A stretch of 56,560 nucleotides of DNA, counting the filler, from Sphacelaria rigidula (lineage: Eukaryota), in the NCBI GenBank assembly GCA_964200075.2. It is 7 parts of 7 records of this genome, joined end to end, with 100 filler letters (N's around TTAATTAATTAA, not from the genome) between each part and the next. Parts side by side here need not be neighbours in the genome. Positions count along the whole stretch, not along the records: positions 40,474 to 48,467 come from CAXNAA020012714.1; positions 48,568 to 56,560 come from CAXNAA020012715.1; 5 more parts are not named here. One strand, 5' to 3'. The notes under the pieces are model-generated. The model was given only the letters and a program-made list of their open reading frames with translations, was not told where the DNA came from and did not search any database. Of this stretch, positions 45,021-56,560 are shown one piece after another (the stretch's first letter is position 1; every line of letters begins with the position of its first letter). A program made the position numbers and the translations under genes.

Positions 45021-45140
45021 CCCTGACGCGACTGTAGTGCAAAAGCGTATTGTACGAACGGTCACCTTGGTTGCAGTATATATGGAGCGACAACAAATAT
45101 GCTTATATCCACAAGCCTTTTTCGATGGTAAAAACAAGTA

Positions 45141-45753
45141 CAGTCGACCCTCATCTGACCCTTTGGGAACCCCTTGATGAATTCTGTTTTTGTGACTAGT
45201 CCTCATTTTTATTCGGAATGACTGAAAATGATGCCGATTCACAAAAACAAAAGTCGTCAATGGGTTCAGTAAGGGTGAAGGACACATATTTTTTCCTTTC
45301 TAAACATGTCCTTATCCCAGGGAGGTGTTATCACGATTCAGGGGACCATAACTCACCATCCCCGGGGTTGATGGAGGCGTGCTATGGGTCAAATCAAGCG
45401 TCTTAGACAGGGGCATCAGTGGGACAAGAGAGAGGGCAGACAACGTGCTGGGCAAATCATGTTATGTTGCTGAATACAATAAAGGCTACAAAAATGAGAT
45501 GTTTTGTGCCCGCAGAAAAGCAGGTGCAGCAGCATCTCTCTCTCTATACGGGTGCTTTTCGTACACAGCAGATGCGGTACACTGACGTACGCATGCGGCG
45601 AGTTTTTCATTTCTTAGGGGTCCCGCGGTCTATATTATTTACTCCCCCTGTATGTTTACAGTATAATCTGCGGGGCACCTTGCTTTTGAAAAAAAAGTGT
45701 CTTTCAAGCGGGGAGTGTCCTTAACTTCGGTGTCCTTAAAGCGTCGTCGACTG
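45141..45753. mobile_element. Tc1/mariner-type non-autonomous element carrying a nested piggyBac-like MITE (45159-45275)
   Basis: TA|CAGTCGAC..[insert]..AAGGACAC at the left and GTGTCCTTAA..GTCGACTG|TA at the right; the insert resembles 8558-8677. Confidence 0.55.
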
Positions 45754-48467
45754 TACCCGAAATAATTGACGAATGTGGTGGTACGCTGTAACCGATTCGT
45801 CATTCATTTAAGGCACATTTCCGATGGTCGTCAGCTCGGAGGTGCGACCGGAAAAATAGTCGTTCAATTGCGAATAAAGAGAGACCCGTTGTGTACCTGG
45901 CGGTGTAGGGACACACGGTACACACTTTGATTTTGGATAAGTACGCATGAGCTCAAAAATCGAAGTCGGAAATATGACCTCTTCACCGTTCGGGCGAGGA
46001 AAAATTATCGGCGCGTTACAGCATTTTTTTTTTAACTAGCGCAAAGTGCTGACGGTACGAAAAAGGTGGTCGGTTCATAACCAAGAGGTCGTGGTGACCG
46101 AGACAGTTTGCTCGACACTCTCGTCCCCAGTAACTAGGCATTATAGGCATATCCTCCGCCACGACTATGTGGCGAGCTCTCCACCCAAGTGGCCGATGGA
46201 TTTATATAGTCTTGCACCTGGGGGTTATTTGCCAATGGAAATATTCACGGTTTTTGTTGGGGGAGGGGAAAACCGAAGAATATCGCGCGTTGTCACAGTG
46301 TATGCTCAGGAAACATACGACAGGTACGGATATCCACAGCCACTGCGTAATAGCTCCAACGCTCGCCCTTACCAGGGCTGACGGTGCGAACCGAATCCGG
46401 TGGGTATTTTGTATTTTAGGACACGCGGTAATTTGCTTGCGTGCTGTGATGAGAGCGCACATTGGTGTCGCTACCGACTGTACAAGCTCCGTGTAGCAAA
46501 ATAAGAAACAATCCTGTGCGGCCTGTACTTCTGTAACTCGTGCAGAGAACTTTTCCACAACTAGCAAAGATTCAAATTACTACAAATGAGTCTAGATGAA
46601 CCCTGTTCCAGACATCAGCCCGGTGCGCTGTGTCGAATCATACTCGTATGCAGTGGAACTTCTGAAACAGACCGTAGATTTTAATCAACAGCATCATGAG
46701 ATTCTCGCGGCAGAGCACGATGGGAAGACATAATTCTATTCCCGAACAGCTCATGTCTTCCCCTATCCATCGCGCCCTAGATATACGCTCTAGTAAGCCG
46801 GAGACAGTTGCATACACTGAAGAATTGAAAAGTGAGGTGTTCAGGCCACCAAACCGTACTTTCTGCGACAAATTTGAAGCGCTGCAGCGAAATACAGATT
46901 CGATGGAAAGAATCGTCATTGCATATACTGACCTGGATTTTCGCATGTGCACGACTGTACTCCATGTCAATTGCAGCGATTTCTGCACATAATTTGGTTT
47001 GCTGCATGCTGTAGATACACGGTATACCTAGCCCTACTAGCTAGCACAGGCTGGCGTATTGGTTCCACGACCCACCGCGGGAAGCGAAACCAAGCCTGTC
47101 CCTAGAGTACCATCAATGGTGGAAACACTACTGTTATGGGCGTGAATAAGGGCAACGACCGAAAATTCACAGTCAGGCTAATAAAACGAACAACACGGAC
47201 GAATAACGGACGTGTCATCAGCTGTTCCGAGCTGTTCAGGTGTTTGGTGTAGGACATAAGCTTTGTCCCCTATCAAGTTGGTTTAGTATATAATAACTGC
47301 AGTATTCACATCGCGGTTTTTCTCGACACGGGAAGCAAGCCGGCCTGTGGCACTTTACAGCGCTCCGCAAATACACAGAATATAGCGATACAAGCGAGAA
47401 CTTCGCTCAGATCACCACAGCGGACCCCAAAAGCCCCCAAAACAGAAAAAAACGAGCCTTCTTAGTACATTTTGGTAGCGTGCAGCGTTTGTGGGACGCG
47501 TGAAGGGTACTCCTTACATACGTCTCTAGTTTGGGTGTGTGGGAAGCGCACGCAATAAACCGCAGTGCAATCCTCTGCTTAGTTGCCGATAAACCCCAGT
47601 TGAAAGATTGGCACAGCAACATACTGCAACAAGAGGGGCACAACAACAAAACGAGCAGCAGCTTCCATCCTCCTCTCGTTGTGACCCTGTGAACAGATGT
47701 ACAGCAACGTCAGGCAGTGGTTTGTTGTAGGACGTACTATGATAATAGTACATTTTATATGAGCGTGGGCATTTCGAGGTGACGCGTGTACTTGTGACTG
47801 ATACTGATTGGCTCCTGTAGGCTTCGTTTCTTCTGTACACAAGAGTCGATGTCCACTTTCCCGAAATATAGTACCCCCAATCGGGGCTCATTTGCACTCG
47901 TAACTGTCATATACTGGCACTATTTTGTACAAATACAATATGAGGTTTGTGCTGGCGGATGACGAACTAACAAGGACGCCAAGGGTTCTAGACTGGAGAG
48001 CTGCCGCAAACCCCCATTACTAGCTCAGTCGCTCCCGGAAAATAGCAACACACTACACTTGCGCGAGAGAGCCCGTGCATTACAGAGTTGTTATTTACGA
48101 ATTCGATCGAATTTCATCAAAACTAGGCCACACTACGCTGCAGACCTCATGCTCAAGTTATGTTCCCTCTGTAGAACAGGCAGCCTGCGACACAGTGCGA
48201 TAGTACAGGCATCGCCCAACCATGACAGAAACAGCAACACATGGCAGCAGCAGACACTAACGAGATTCCAGCGATCAAAGTAAGGAGAAACGGTATGATG
48301 GTCAATAGAAGCGTCGGTCCTCGACCACCTCTCGGTCGGGCCTGCCCTTCACGGGACTACAACTATACTGGGAGGGAGCGCACCGCCGCAGGGGCGGGGA
48401 GGAGGGGGTGTACTCAAGATCATGCATGCCATGGTCATCAGACCATAGACCTCGCATCCCTACAAAG

Positions 48468-48567
48468 NNNNNNNNNNNNNNNNNNNNNNNNNNNNNNNNN
48501 NNNNNNNNNNNTTAATTAATTAANNNNNNNNNNNNNNNNNNNNNNNNNNNNNNNNNNNNNNNNNNNN
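48468..48567. other. Artificial contig spacer
   Basis: N44-TTAATTAATTAA-N44. Confidence 0.98.
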
Positions 48568-50300
48568 CCCCGTCAGTTCAGAGTTTGTCCACACTTGCCG
48601 CCAGGTGAGATGAGATACAAAGCTACGCTATCGACGGTGGCGTGGTGATGGCACCGGGTGCAGGAGAACGAGCGCTACTCTTGCCACTATCACAAGCGAT
48701 GCACAGATGTGGGGGTAAATATCCGCACACGCGGAAGCCTGTAGGGGATTGGTCAAAGGTTCAATTCTACACCTACCTGCCGAACATTCCACACATGTGA
48801 TGTATCAACCATCCGCAGTATCAAGAGTCATCCATGAGTGTAATCTATTCTGAGGCCGTCGGACAGGGGTGACGTGTTCACATGTCGTGAAAACTGGCGA
48901 GGGTTGGAGGTGCTGGTTTGCCCCCGTAGCCCAAACGGTTGCCCCAATTACTCATCGTCAAGGACATCGATTGGGGTGCGATTTTTCGCATCATTTGCGC
49001 CAAGACGGCAGCTAAAAACTCGGTGAACATATTTTTTATCTCATCGGGATTGGAGTTTTATAACAAATTAAGTGGAAAAAACACGGGTTTTTTGCGATTT
49101 TCTCCATCACCATAAATGCTTTGGTCCCACAATCTTTCCAGATTGTAGCTTGGACAAATACACGCCGGTAAGTAGCCTAGGTACGCCGTGGTTCGTAGCC
49201 CGGAACAACGAAAATGGGAAATCGTCGAGTGGAAACCCCACTCAAATCACAAGTCCTTGGGGGGATTTTACGGCGTGCATAGTCAGGGGATGAACGAGAT
49301 CTCCGGTCTGTTCGTGCTTTTGGTCGGTGACACTTTTTTGGCTCATTTTGAGGGGTCAGGCGCGCCCATAACTGTCAAAATTATCTTGATTCAAAACATG
49401 ATCCTCCCTGACGGTGAAAGGGCAAAAGCGATTACGAACCAGAAAGGTTGACCTGCTGATTTTTTTAATATCCCAAGGGGTGGAATATCTCTGAGCCCAA
49501 GCACCACACACGAAATTGTACTACAAGCTCAAACTTGGTCGGGTGGGGAGGGGTGACGGAAGGTAGTCCATGTTTTGGATGAAATGGTACGCGTGTTGAA
49601 ATTACAAATAATCTTCCTGAATTCGGAACGAGAACGTACATTGTTTTCGAGGTATTGGTACGAGTTAACCGCGAGTCAGAAAAATCGAACTGATGCAGTG
49701 GTGTAAAAGAAAACAGTGAGGCAGCTGAATTTTACGGTTTCTTGGACGCCGCGCCGCACAGAGCGCGGGGGCGATGGAGGGAATGATCACTTCACCGCAC
49801 AACTTGTCTATGTGCTACACATGACTCCTGCAGCTAATGCAGCAGCTGTAGGGACCTTCATACCGCATTTTAGTGGTTTCAGTTGATGTGTTGACATTTT
49901 CCCTACGACAGCAAAATGGGGGGGGGGGGAGTCTGGGTTGCCTGTACTTGGAGATATGCCACCTCTTCCATATCTTCGAAACGAAATGTATCTTCATAAT
50001 ATCTTCCTTTGCTTTCCTTTTTTATCTCCCTCCCTCATATTTTCCGCCCAGCTCCTCTTATTCTGAGTTTACCGCGGTTGTTCCATCTTCTACCATTCTC
50101 TTCCTTTTCTCGAGTTCCGTTCAGGGAGTGTTCCATAATTGATTACCTTGAGTACGTGTGTCTTGCGAGCACGGCTGGATTATGATTCCTAGGAGACCCG
50201 CTAATGCGCGACAATCAATCTATCAACCACTTCATCGTACAGAAGAGACGCAAGAGTGGATCTGGCTAACTCCCTGACCCCTTCCACGTTCACCGTTCAC

Positions 50301-53300
50301 CTGTAGAGCCACCCCCCGCTGAAATTGCTTGTCCCACAGCTGGAAGAACAACCCCACCGCCCTGTAATTCTGGATTGGTTTCGGCAGAAGCTGCACCCCA
50401 GTCATTCGAAGTCTCGTCCGCGTGCTCAAGCGTGATGCGTTCCAGAGTTATTCCGTTTTGACTGGTCGCTGCTGTGGTGCGAGGGAGTGTCGCTGCCGAG
50501 GAACGGCCTTGAGAGAGGGTGGTGGCGAAACGGCGTAGGCATAGATCGCAGAACCAACTGTCACACAGGATTTATCGTGCGGGGGGCAGGACGACAGGCG
50601 GGGGAAAAGTTGGAACAGCATGTACATGTTCGTATTTTGCCAAGCTCGAGGAAGAAGGGAACATAAAAGTACAGCAGAGCGCAGTCCCGGCATTAGCCGA
50701 TGATCGGTGTAAAGTTTATTCTTGTTCCGAACGCTTTACAGGGCAACACCGGTGCGGGAGAATGCTTTGGCTTCCATGACAGATTGCCCCCACCAACAGC
50801 ATGACGATGCTCCGACTAGTAGTACATCAGTATAATGAACGCGAAGAGGGATAGTAGTGGTTTAGAGTGACACCGTGCAGCAGTACCAAGAACTGAATGC
50901 AACGATCAATCCCAGCGTGCGAGGTGCCGGCGACACACACTACTGCAACATAAACGACACAGGAACCTCCTCTTTTCAGCGGTACGTGTTTTGGGGCGCA
51001 TTGTGGTACACGGAACTAACTATATCGTGGTTCTCCACAAATTGCAAACCCCATTACCGCTGGGGCGTGGGTTCGAATCTCGGTAAAGTCACACGATCTT
51101 GGATCTTCTTCCTTCACATCATGCCCAACAATAGAGGGCGACTACGTTGTGGGACTAAATTCGACTTCACGATCGACGACCGAAAGGGACCGCTGAACCC
51201 ATCTCAAGATGAAAAAATAAGGCAAGCACCGCAGAAGAAAGATGGGGTGCTAAGAACAGGAATAAAAAATGAAAGACTCCTGTGCTGCCCGTTCTCCTGC
51301 GTGACCCCGGCCGATACGGCCACAAGTACCGAAAGGTGTGCACTGGCTTCCGGAATAGGTGGGGTGGCAGACAGCACATCCAACACAAAATGCACCACCA
51401 TACAGTTCTGCGGTATCAAGATCATTACTCTCATTTACTCTTGGGTGAAAGCCGCGCCGTGGATCCTTGGTCCCGTGGCATACCGTACCGTGAATCGCAC
51501 ACAGCGTACGTCGCAAATACCGTGAAACCCCCGTGCTGTTCGATGGGAAAATAGTAAAATACGTCATTGAGTGCGTCATGTGCGATTCACACCGCAGAGA
51601 CGTGCGTTCATCATGCCTTTTGTTCAACGTGTATTTTTTTTGTTCTCTTGTTTCCGTATGTGACTGGGTCTGAGAGAAATAATGCGAAAACCTCGCATTG
51701 AACAAACAAGTTGTAGGGCACGGACCACCTTGTTTTTGTTTTTCACGGTGTGGGTCACCCTAGTGAGCGAACGGTGTTGAAGAGCGTGGGTATTTGGTGT
51801 GATAGTGGGGGGAGTGGTGCCGCGTTTGATGTTGTCAGTCACATTTTCATCATGCTTTGCAAAATAATCTCGCCACTCTTGACCTTGGTCGGGTATTTTT
51901 GTACTCGCATGTTCGTGCATTTGTAGGTTTGCATACTATATTGCTAATCTCTCGTTTACTGTTCCTATTGCTGTCATTTTGCCGTGTGTTCACATATTTC
52001 CCCCACGTACTTCGTTTATTGTAGATTCGCAATACTCAAGTCGGATTGATGATTTCCATACTATATTTGCAGTGCACCTTGCAGCCAAAACAAAATGAAC
52101 CCCATATTGGTCGACTTCAATCATTCAATTATCATATACTGCTTCCTCTCGATTACAATCGAACATACTCGAAGATCACAAAAACAAACTAGGAAATATT
52201 TCGCCCCTCAATTTCGACGGATGCGCCAGACGACAGCGTAGTGAGTATTTACTCGGGAATAGCGGCACAACGGCCCTTAGTTTCCATACAGCCTGTCGTT
52301 TGTTATATCGCGATTCCGGGTCCCTCTATTTGTCTACCCCAGGATTTTAGGAGCCACACACATGATTACACCCAGGACACAGTACAGGGCCCTGCAGTTA
52401 GTCGTACGTGAGGCATGCCGTCATCCGCGATTCTCCGCAAGGTAGCCGCCGCGCTCCGGTGGTGTGATGGTCGGACTGTCAACCATGAGGGTGGAGAGAG
52501 CGTGGGTTCGATTCCCGACGCACTGGTATTTTTCTTCGGAGTATCTGATTTTCATCGTCGAAAACGTGAGTACGTGAGTACACAAAAAATACGTGACCGA
52601 ATTTGTTTGACGAGAGTTGAACTAGTGAACCAGTGCGGGAGTGCTGATAGTCATGGCCCAATGCGCGAGACCAAAACGCAAGACGTATACCAGGGAGAGA
52701 TGGGTTGAGCCCTTGAGACCACGGACTCGTCCTGAGGAAGTGGAGGGGGTGTTATTCAAAGTATCACAAAAAGAAAGGTACCGAGGTTTCCGACTCCCGC
52801 GGAAACCGCGAATAACATGTTTTCGCCACGTAGGTGCCGCAGTCGTCCGGCCCCGCACTGTACCGTATCGCAATTCCGAAAATCCAGACACTGTGGATAT
52901 CTGATGACATCATGATAACAACATACCAGCCCATACGTACCGAACCTCACTTAGCGGGTACAGTAGAGCGGGTACAGTAGAGCGTGTGCCGCAGCAATAC
53001 TGTTATTATCAAGTATCGTACCATACCGTAAAATCATTTTTCAACACTTACTCCCGCGAGAAGCGCTGGAAAAAATGTGATATCCATTACAACCTATCGC
53101 CCACTGTTCCGCGGTGACCAAATGGTGTAGGATAAAGATGACATTCCCTGGCAAAAAAATGTGAGTCATCCTGTCATTTTTGTTAGCAAAACAAGAGTGC
53201 AGGGGGGGGCACGGGACTGTGATTTCAACCGTGGTGTGTTTTACTGCTCTCTTGCTTACGCCTTCTCCCGTTGGGGGGAGGCAAACTGTAGCCCAGCGGT

Positions 53301-56300
53301 CGAGCGATGTGGTAACACACAGTGCATTAGGTGGTCAGGGTTGATGACTACTCGACGTCCCCTTGCCCGACGGGAGTAACTGCGACGATACACTCCACAG
53401 TTGGGGTCGTCCGTGCGATCAGCGGATGTGGGCGATCGGGTTCGCTGATTTGTTGCGTCACGTTTTGGGTACCCAGATGCACAACTCAGAGAAAACACAA
53501 AATAATCAACGTGTTTGATGGATGGGTATGCGAATATCGGCAACAATGATGTTGATATAAGATAACGGCGGCATTCGCTGCAACGATAACGGGGTGCAGT
53601 ATAGGTTCGTTATCTTGGCAGTTACAAAGATCCTTGTCTGCACAGTGGTACTAAACCTGGAGACACGCCGTTTGGGCTGCGGATATCGTATGGATGCTGA
53701 CCCTCAGGCCATCTTCCTCATCGGCACTGTTCGCCTCCGTAACTGGCGTTGTCACCCGACTTGGGTGCACGAACAGTACGAGTAAACACCGTCTCGAAGC
53801 AACACGTCTGCTACACCTGCCACTGTGCGGCTGCGGCGTGTCCGGGGGGCACTGCAACACGTCGTGGCAAAAGGACAATCACTCTCATCACTCTCGTCAC
53901 ATGCTGATTACTGGACCCGTGTTGGCCGCAGTAGTTTCTAAAAGTGAGCTGAAATAGTGTGTTGAGACGACACCAACCAGCTCCACCACCCATGTACCGA
54001 AGAAACAGCTCCGGGTGTTTGAAACATGCCTTCCCCTCCCCCCATTCCAAACGTAAACAATGACAACAACGAGACAATGGACGCTCACAACAACAATAAA
54101 TGATGACAAGAACAACGAGCATACATACGTGCAGTACGACACATCCAGCTCTCGTAAGGCAGCGAGCTGCGGCACATGATCGCATACTGCATCTGGTCCC
54201 CCGACCACACCAAGAGAGCCTCGCAGGCCCAAACGCTGCAGAGATGGAATCCTCCGTACCAACCTGACGCACCGACAGTCACGTGGCAACATAACGTTTA
54301 TCAAGAGTGGCCATCTATACGAGTATTATTGTACACATATATACAAGGTTCCCCTTTGGGAGGTTGGTACGGGCCTCCCGGGGGTGGCGCAAGTCGAAAA
54401 TATATGGTTAAGCGAGGCTGTTGTATCTCGATGAACAGTAGTGATCGTGGCTGTACAAAACATCGCATGTGTCATCGGATGTCGTTCGGAAATATCGGAA
54501 TTCGGACGGAGGCCGACGGCGGAACCGCCGGCGTAGGATATGTGTGGTATTTCCGAAGTGCCAGAGTGCGAAGTAGCTCTCGAGCCACAAAGACATGACC
54601 GCGGGAGGCACTTCCAAAAAATTGGAGTACGTGGAATATTCTTGGCATGTTCTTCGTACATCACGGTGGCTTCCACATCATTGGGCCTTTTTTTCAACCC
54701 GGGTGATTCTTTTTGCAGCAAACGTTCCTGGGCTACCGTGCTACTATGCCGTGTTCAACTCGCCAACGGCCCATTGTAAGGTCTTGTGTTTGCTGCTGAC
54801 TAAGGCCAAGGCAATGTTGAATTGTTTTCAAATGCTTCGCTCTCATGTTCTCGTGACATTGGCGGCATAACCGGTGTGTTCGTGCTCCCAAATGAACGAG
54901 AGCGCGACAAAGAGAAACACGGGGGGAAAATACCCCGCCAAAAGGAATCCTGTTTGAACATTTTCATGATCTTTAACAGATATTTTTGCGGTTGTGCGGT
55001 TCGGGTTTTTGCTTCAAGTTTTCCATGATCTTGAAAAGGCTTTTGTGGTTCAGGATCGACACCCCGCGAAAAAGGGCTAGTTTGAGCGACTTTCGGCGAC
55101 CAGAACACGCGCCACAGGTAGAAGATGACACCCAAACCTGGAGTCTTTCAACAAGCAGCAACAAAAGCATTGCAGTCGAGAACAAACACGTTGGAATACG
55201 GCGGAAATATGTGCCTGAGAACATCTCACGTTCTTCATAGCCAACCGCGTGTTTCCAACGGAACATGCCGTCCCACCCGGCGAACGCGCGGCGAACACGC
55301 GAGGACAAGGCAATGCACGCCGCAAAAGGTACCACCCCGCGCGGCTTATCTACGACAGGACAACACCTCGCGCTGAGCATCCGCGACAGGATACCACCTC
55401 ATCAATAGTAAGAGGCTAGTTTACCGGCGTTCGGCTACAAATGTCCATGGTTGATACGATTTTATAAGTATCGCTAACCCTAACGCATACCGATAACCTT
55501 CGGGCAAGGACGGTGCACACATTCCCTAGGCAAAGCGCGGCCTTGGTAGACCCCAAATCGGCGCCTGTCGCGCCGATTTCGACCAAAACGCATTCTGCGC
55601 ATGCGAGGAGCACACGGGACTGTCAGCCTTAGTAAGAGTCCGATTCTCGTTGTACAGACTCAAACCAAGTAATAACCATGGACATTTGTAGCCCAACGCC
55701 GGCATACTCTACTGAATAATAACGGGTACAATCCTTCGAGTGTCGGAGAACGATCATCTTGGAAACGTCGCAAAGCGGGTAATACCAACCTTCCGCGCTG
55801 ACAGACTCCCACAGCGATCACGTAAACATCGACACCGACATCCTTACTCACCTCTTGACGAACCCTGCCGTGATGAGAGGACTGCGGATGTCCAGCGTCG
55901 TGAGCGACACCGCACCGCGAAGCGACGCCTGGATACGCTCGCCTGCCTTCTCCCAATCCTCCCCGCCTTCATCAGCCCCGTCACCACGGCCTGCGGCCAT
56001 GGATGGCAGACCGTTGTGTACACCATCAGCAGGAGGTGTGGCTACCATCAGCGCCGCGTTTTTTTCATCCCGCTGAGCGTGCTCCAAAGAGCTACCACGA
56101 CTACTATGGTCGACGCAGGTGGAGCTTATGTTAATGGGATCCTGACGATCCTCGTCTACGGGAGTATTGATGCTTGCTGTGAATTCGCCACTATCTTGGC
56201 GTGTTGTCTTTTGTGGTGCGTCAACACCGAAACAAACTCCGCCGTTCTGAGTGACTGGATCTTCATCGCGTTGTCGGTCATCTCCGGGTTCGCGAAGCCC

Positions 56301-56321
56301 CGGAAGAATGGCCTTTGCCCC
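50301..56321 (-). CDS. Leucine-rich repeat protein (cysteine-containing, FBXL/AMN1-like repeats), internal part; exons 56321-55852, 54263-54129, 50557-50301
   Basis: Spliced reading ...GAVSLTTLDIRSPLITAGFVKR|LVRRIPSLQRLGLRGSLGVVGGPDAVCDHVPQLAALRELDVSYCT|WFCDLCLRRFATTL... gives three consecutive LxxLxL repeats across two in-phase AG/GT junctions. Confidence 0.7.
52442..52750 (+). mobile_element. tRNA-derived SINE, near full length (~310 bp)
   Basis: A box TGGTGTGATGG 52460-52470, B box GGTTCGATTCC 52505-52515, and 3' GACTCGTCCTGAGGAAGTGG. Confidence 0.7.
54344..55140 (+). repeat. Second copy of the 16504-17740 dispersed repeat (intronic)
   Basis: Same TA|CAAGGTTCCCCT start and long near-identical blocks such as CATTGGCGGCATAACCGGTGTGTTCGTGCTCCCAAATGAACGAGA. 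Confidence 0.8.
55416..55630 (-). repeat. Copy of the GGGTTA-containing dispersed repeat
   Basis: Colinear with 9581-9805; its end 55424-55452 is also inverted at 55674-55702. Confidence 0.65.
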
Positions 56322-56560
56322 CTGTGTGTAACCGGCACAGGCGGAGAGAAGGTGAAATAGTGTCGGGGGCAGGGGGGGGCGGGCCGATAGAAGGAAGAAA
56401 AAAGCTTCGCTGACAGGGCAATGTAGTGATGTTGGGCGTTTGAAAGCATATTCTGCCCGTTTTGTACGCCGTGAAATAGATATTGATTCTAGAGCAATGG
56501 CCTAGAAAAGGTATACCTTCTCGTTTTTTGCCCAAGAAAGGTACGACAAATGGCCAGAAA

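Noticed and set aside
46638-47014. Overlapping ORFs in several frames upstream of DPH1
   Set aside because: No DPH1 or other recognisable motif and no convincing splice chain.
50539-50557. WFCDLC read as the end of a PHD finger
   Set aside because: No upstream PHD exon was found; it splices in phase to LDVSYCT and completes an LRR.
50875-51525. 216-aa plus-strand ORF
   Set aside because: GTG start, no recognisable motifs, overlaps SINE-like sequence, and lies in an intron of the minus-strand LRR gene.

Overview
This is eukaryotic, intron-rich and repeat-dense DNA, most likely from a brown alga (Phaeophyceae). That assignment is inferred from the short GT-AG exons in long introns and the style of the repeats. 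The window is not one locus. It is seven unrelated contigs of about 8 kb (1-7995, 8096-16090, 16191-24185, 24286-32279, 32380-40373, 40474-48467, 48568-56560) joined by 100-bp N/TTAATTAATTAA/N spacers, so nothing can be inferred across the junctions. Almost all ORFs in the supplied track are spurious. Splicing by hand recovers partial genes for a fucosyltransferase-like protein, a type II membrane glycosyltransferase-like first exon, a multi-C2-domain protein, a GH88 unsaturated glucuronyl hydrolase, DPH1 and a cysteine-containing LRR protein. The rest is transposon debris. It includes a decayed ALOG-domain/tyrosine-recombinase (DIRS1-like) ORF split by a 1.2-kb TGT..ACA foldback element, and an RTEX-like LINE family whose ORF runs almost into a poly(C) tail and which sits in C/G tracts. 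There are also RTE fragments, a tRNA-derived SINE, a pogo-like deletion derivative and many piggyBac-, Harbinger- and Tc1-type MITEs. All calls come from reading motifs by eye; no database searches were run.
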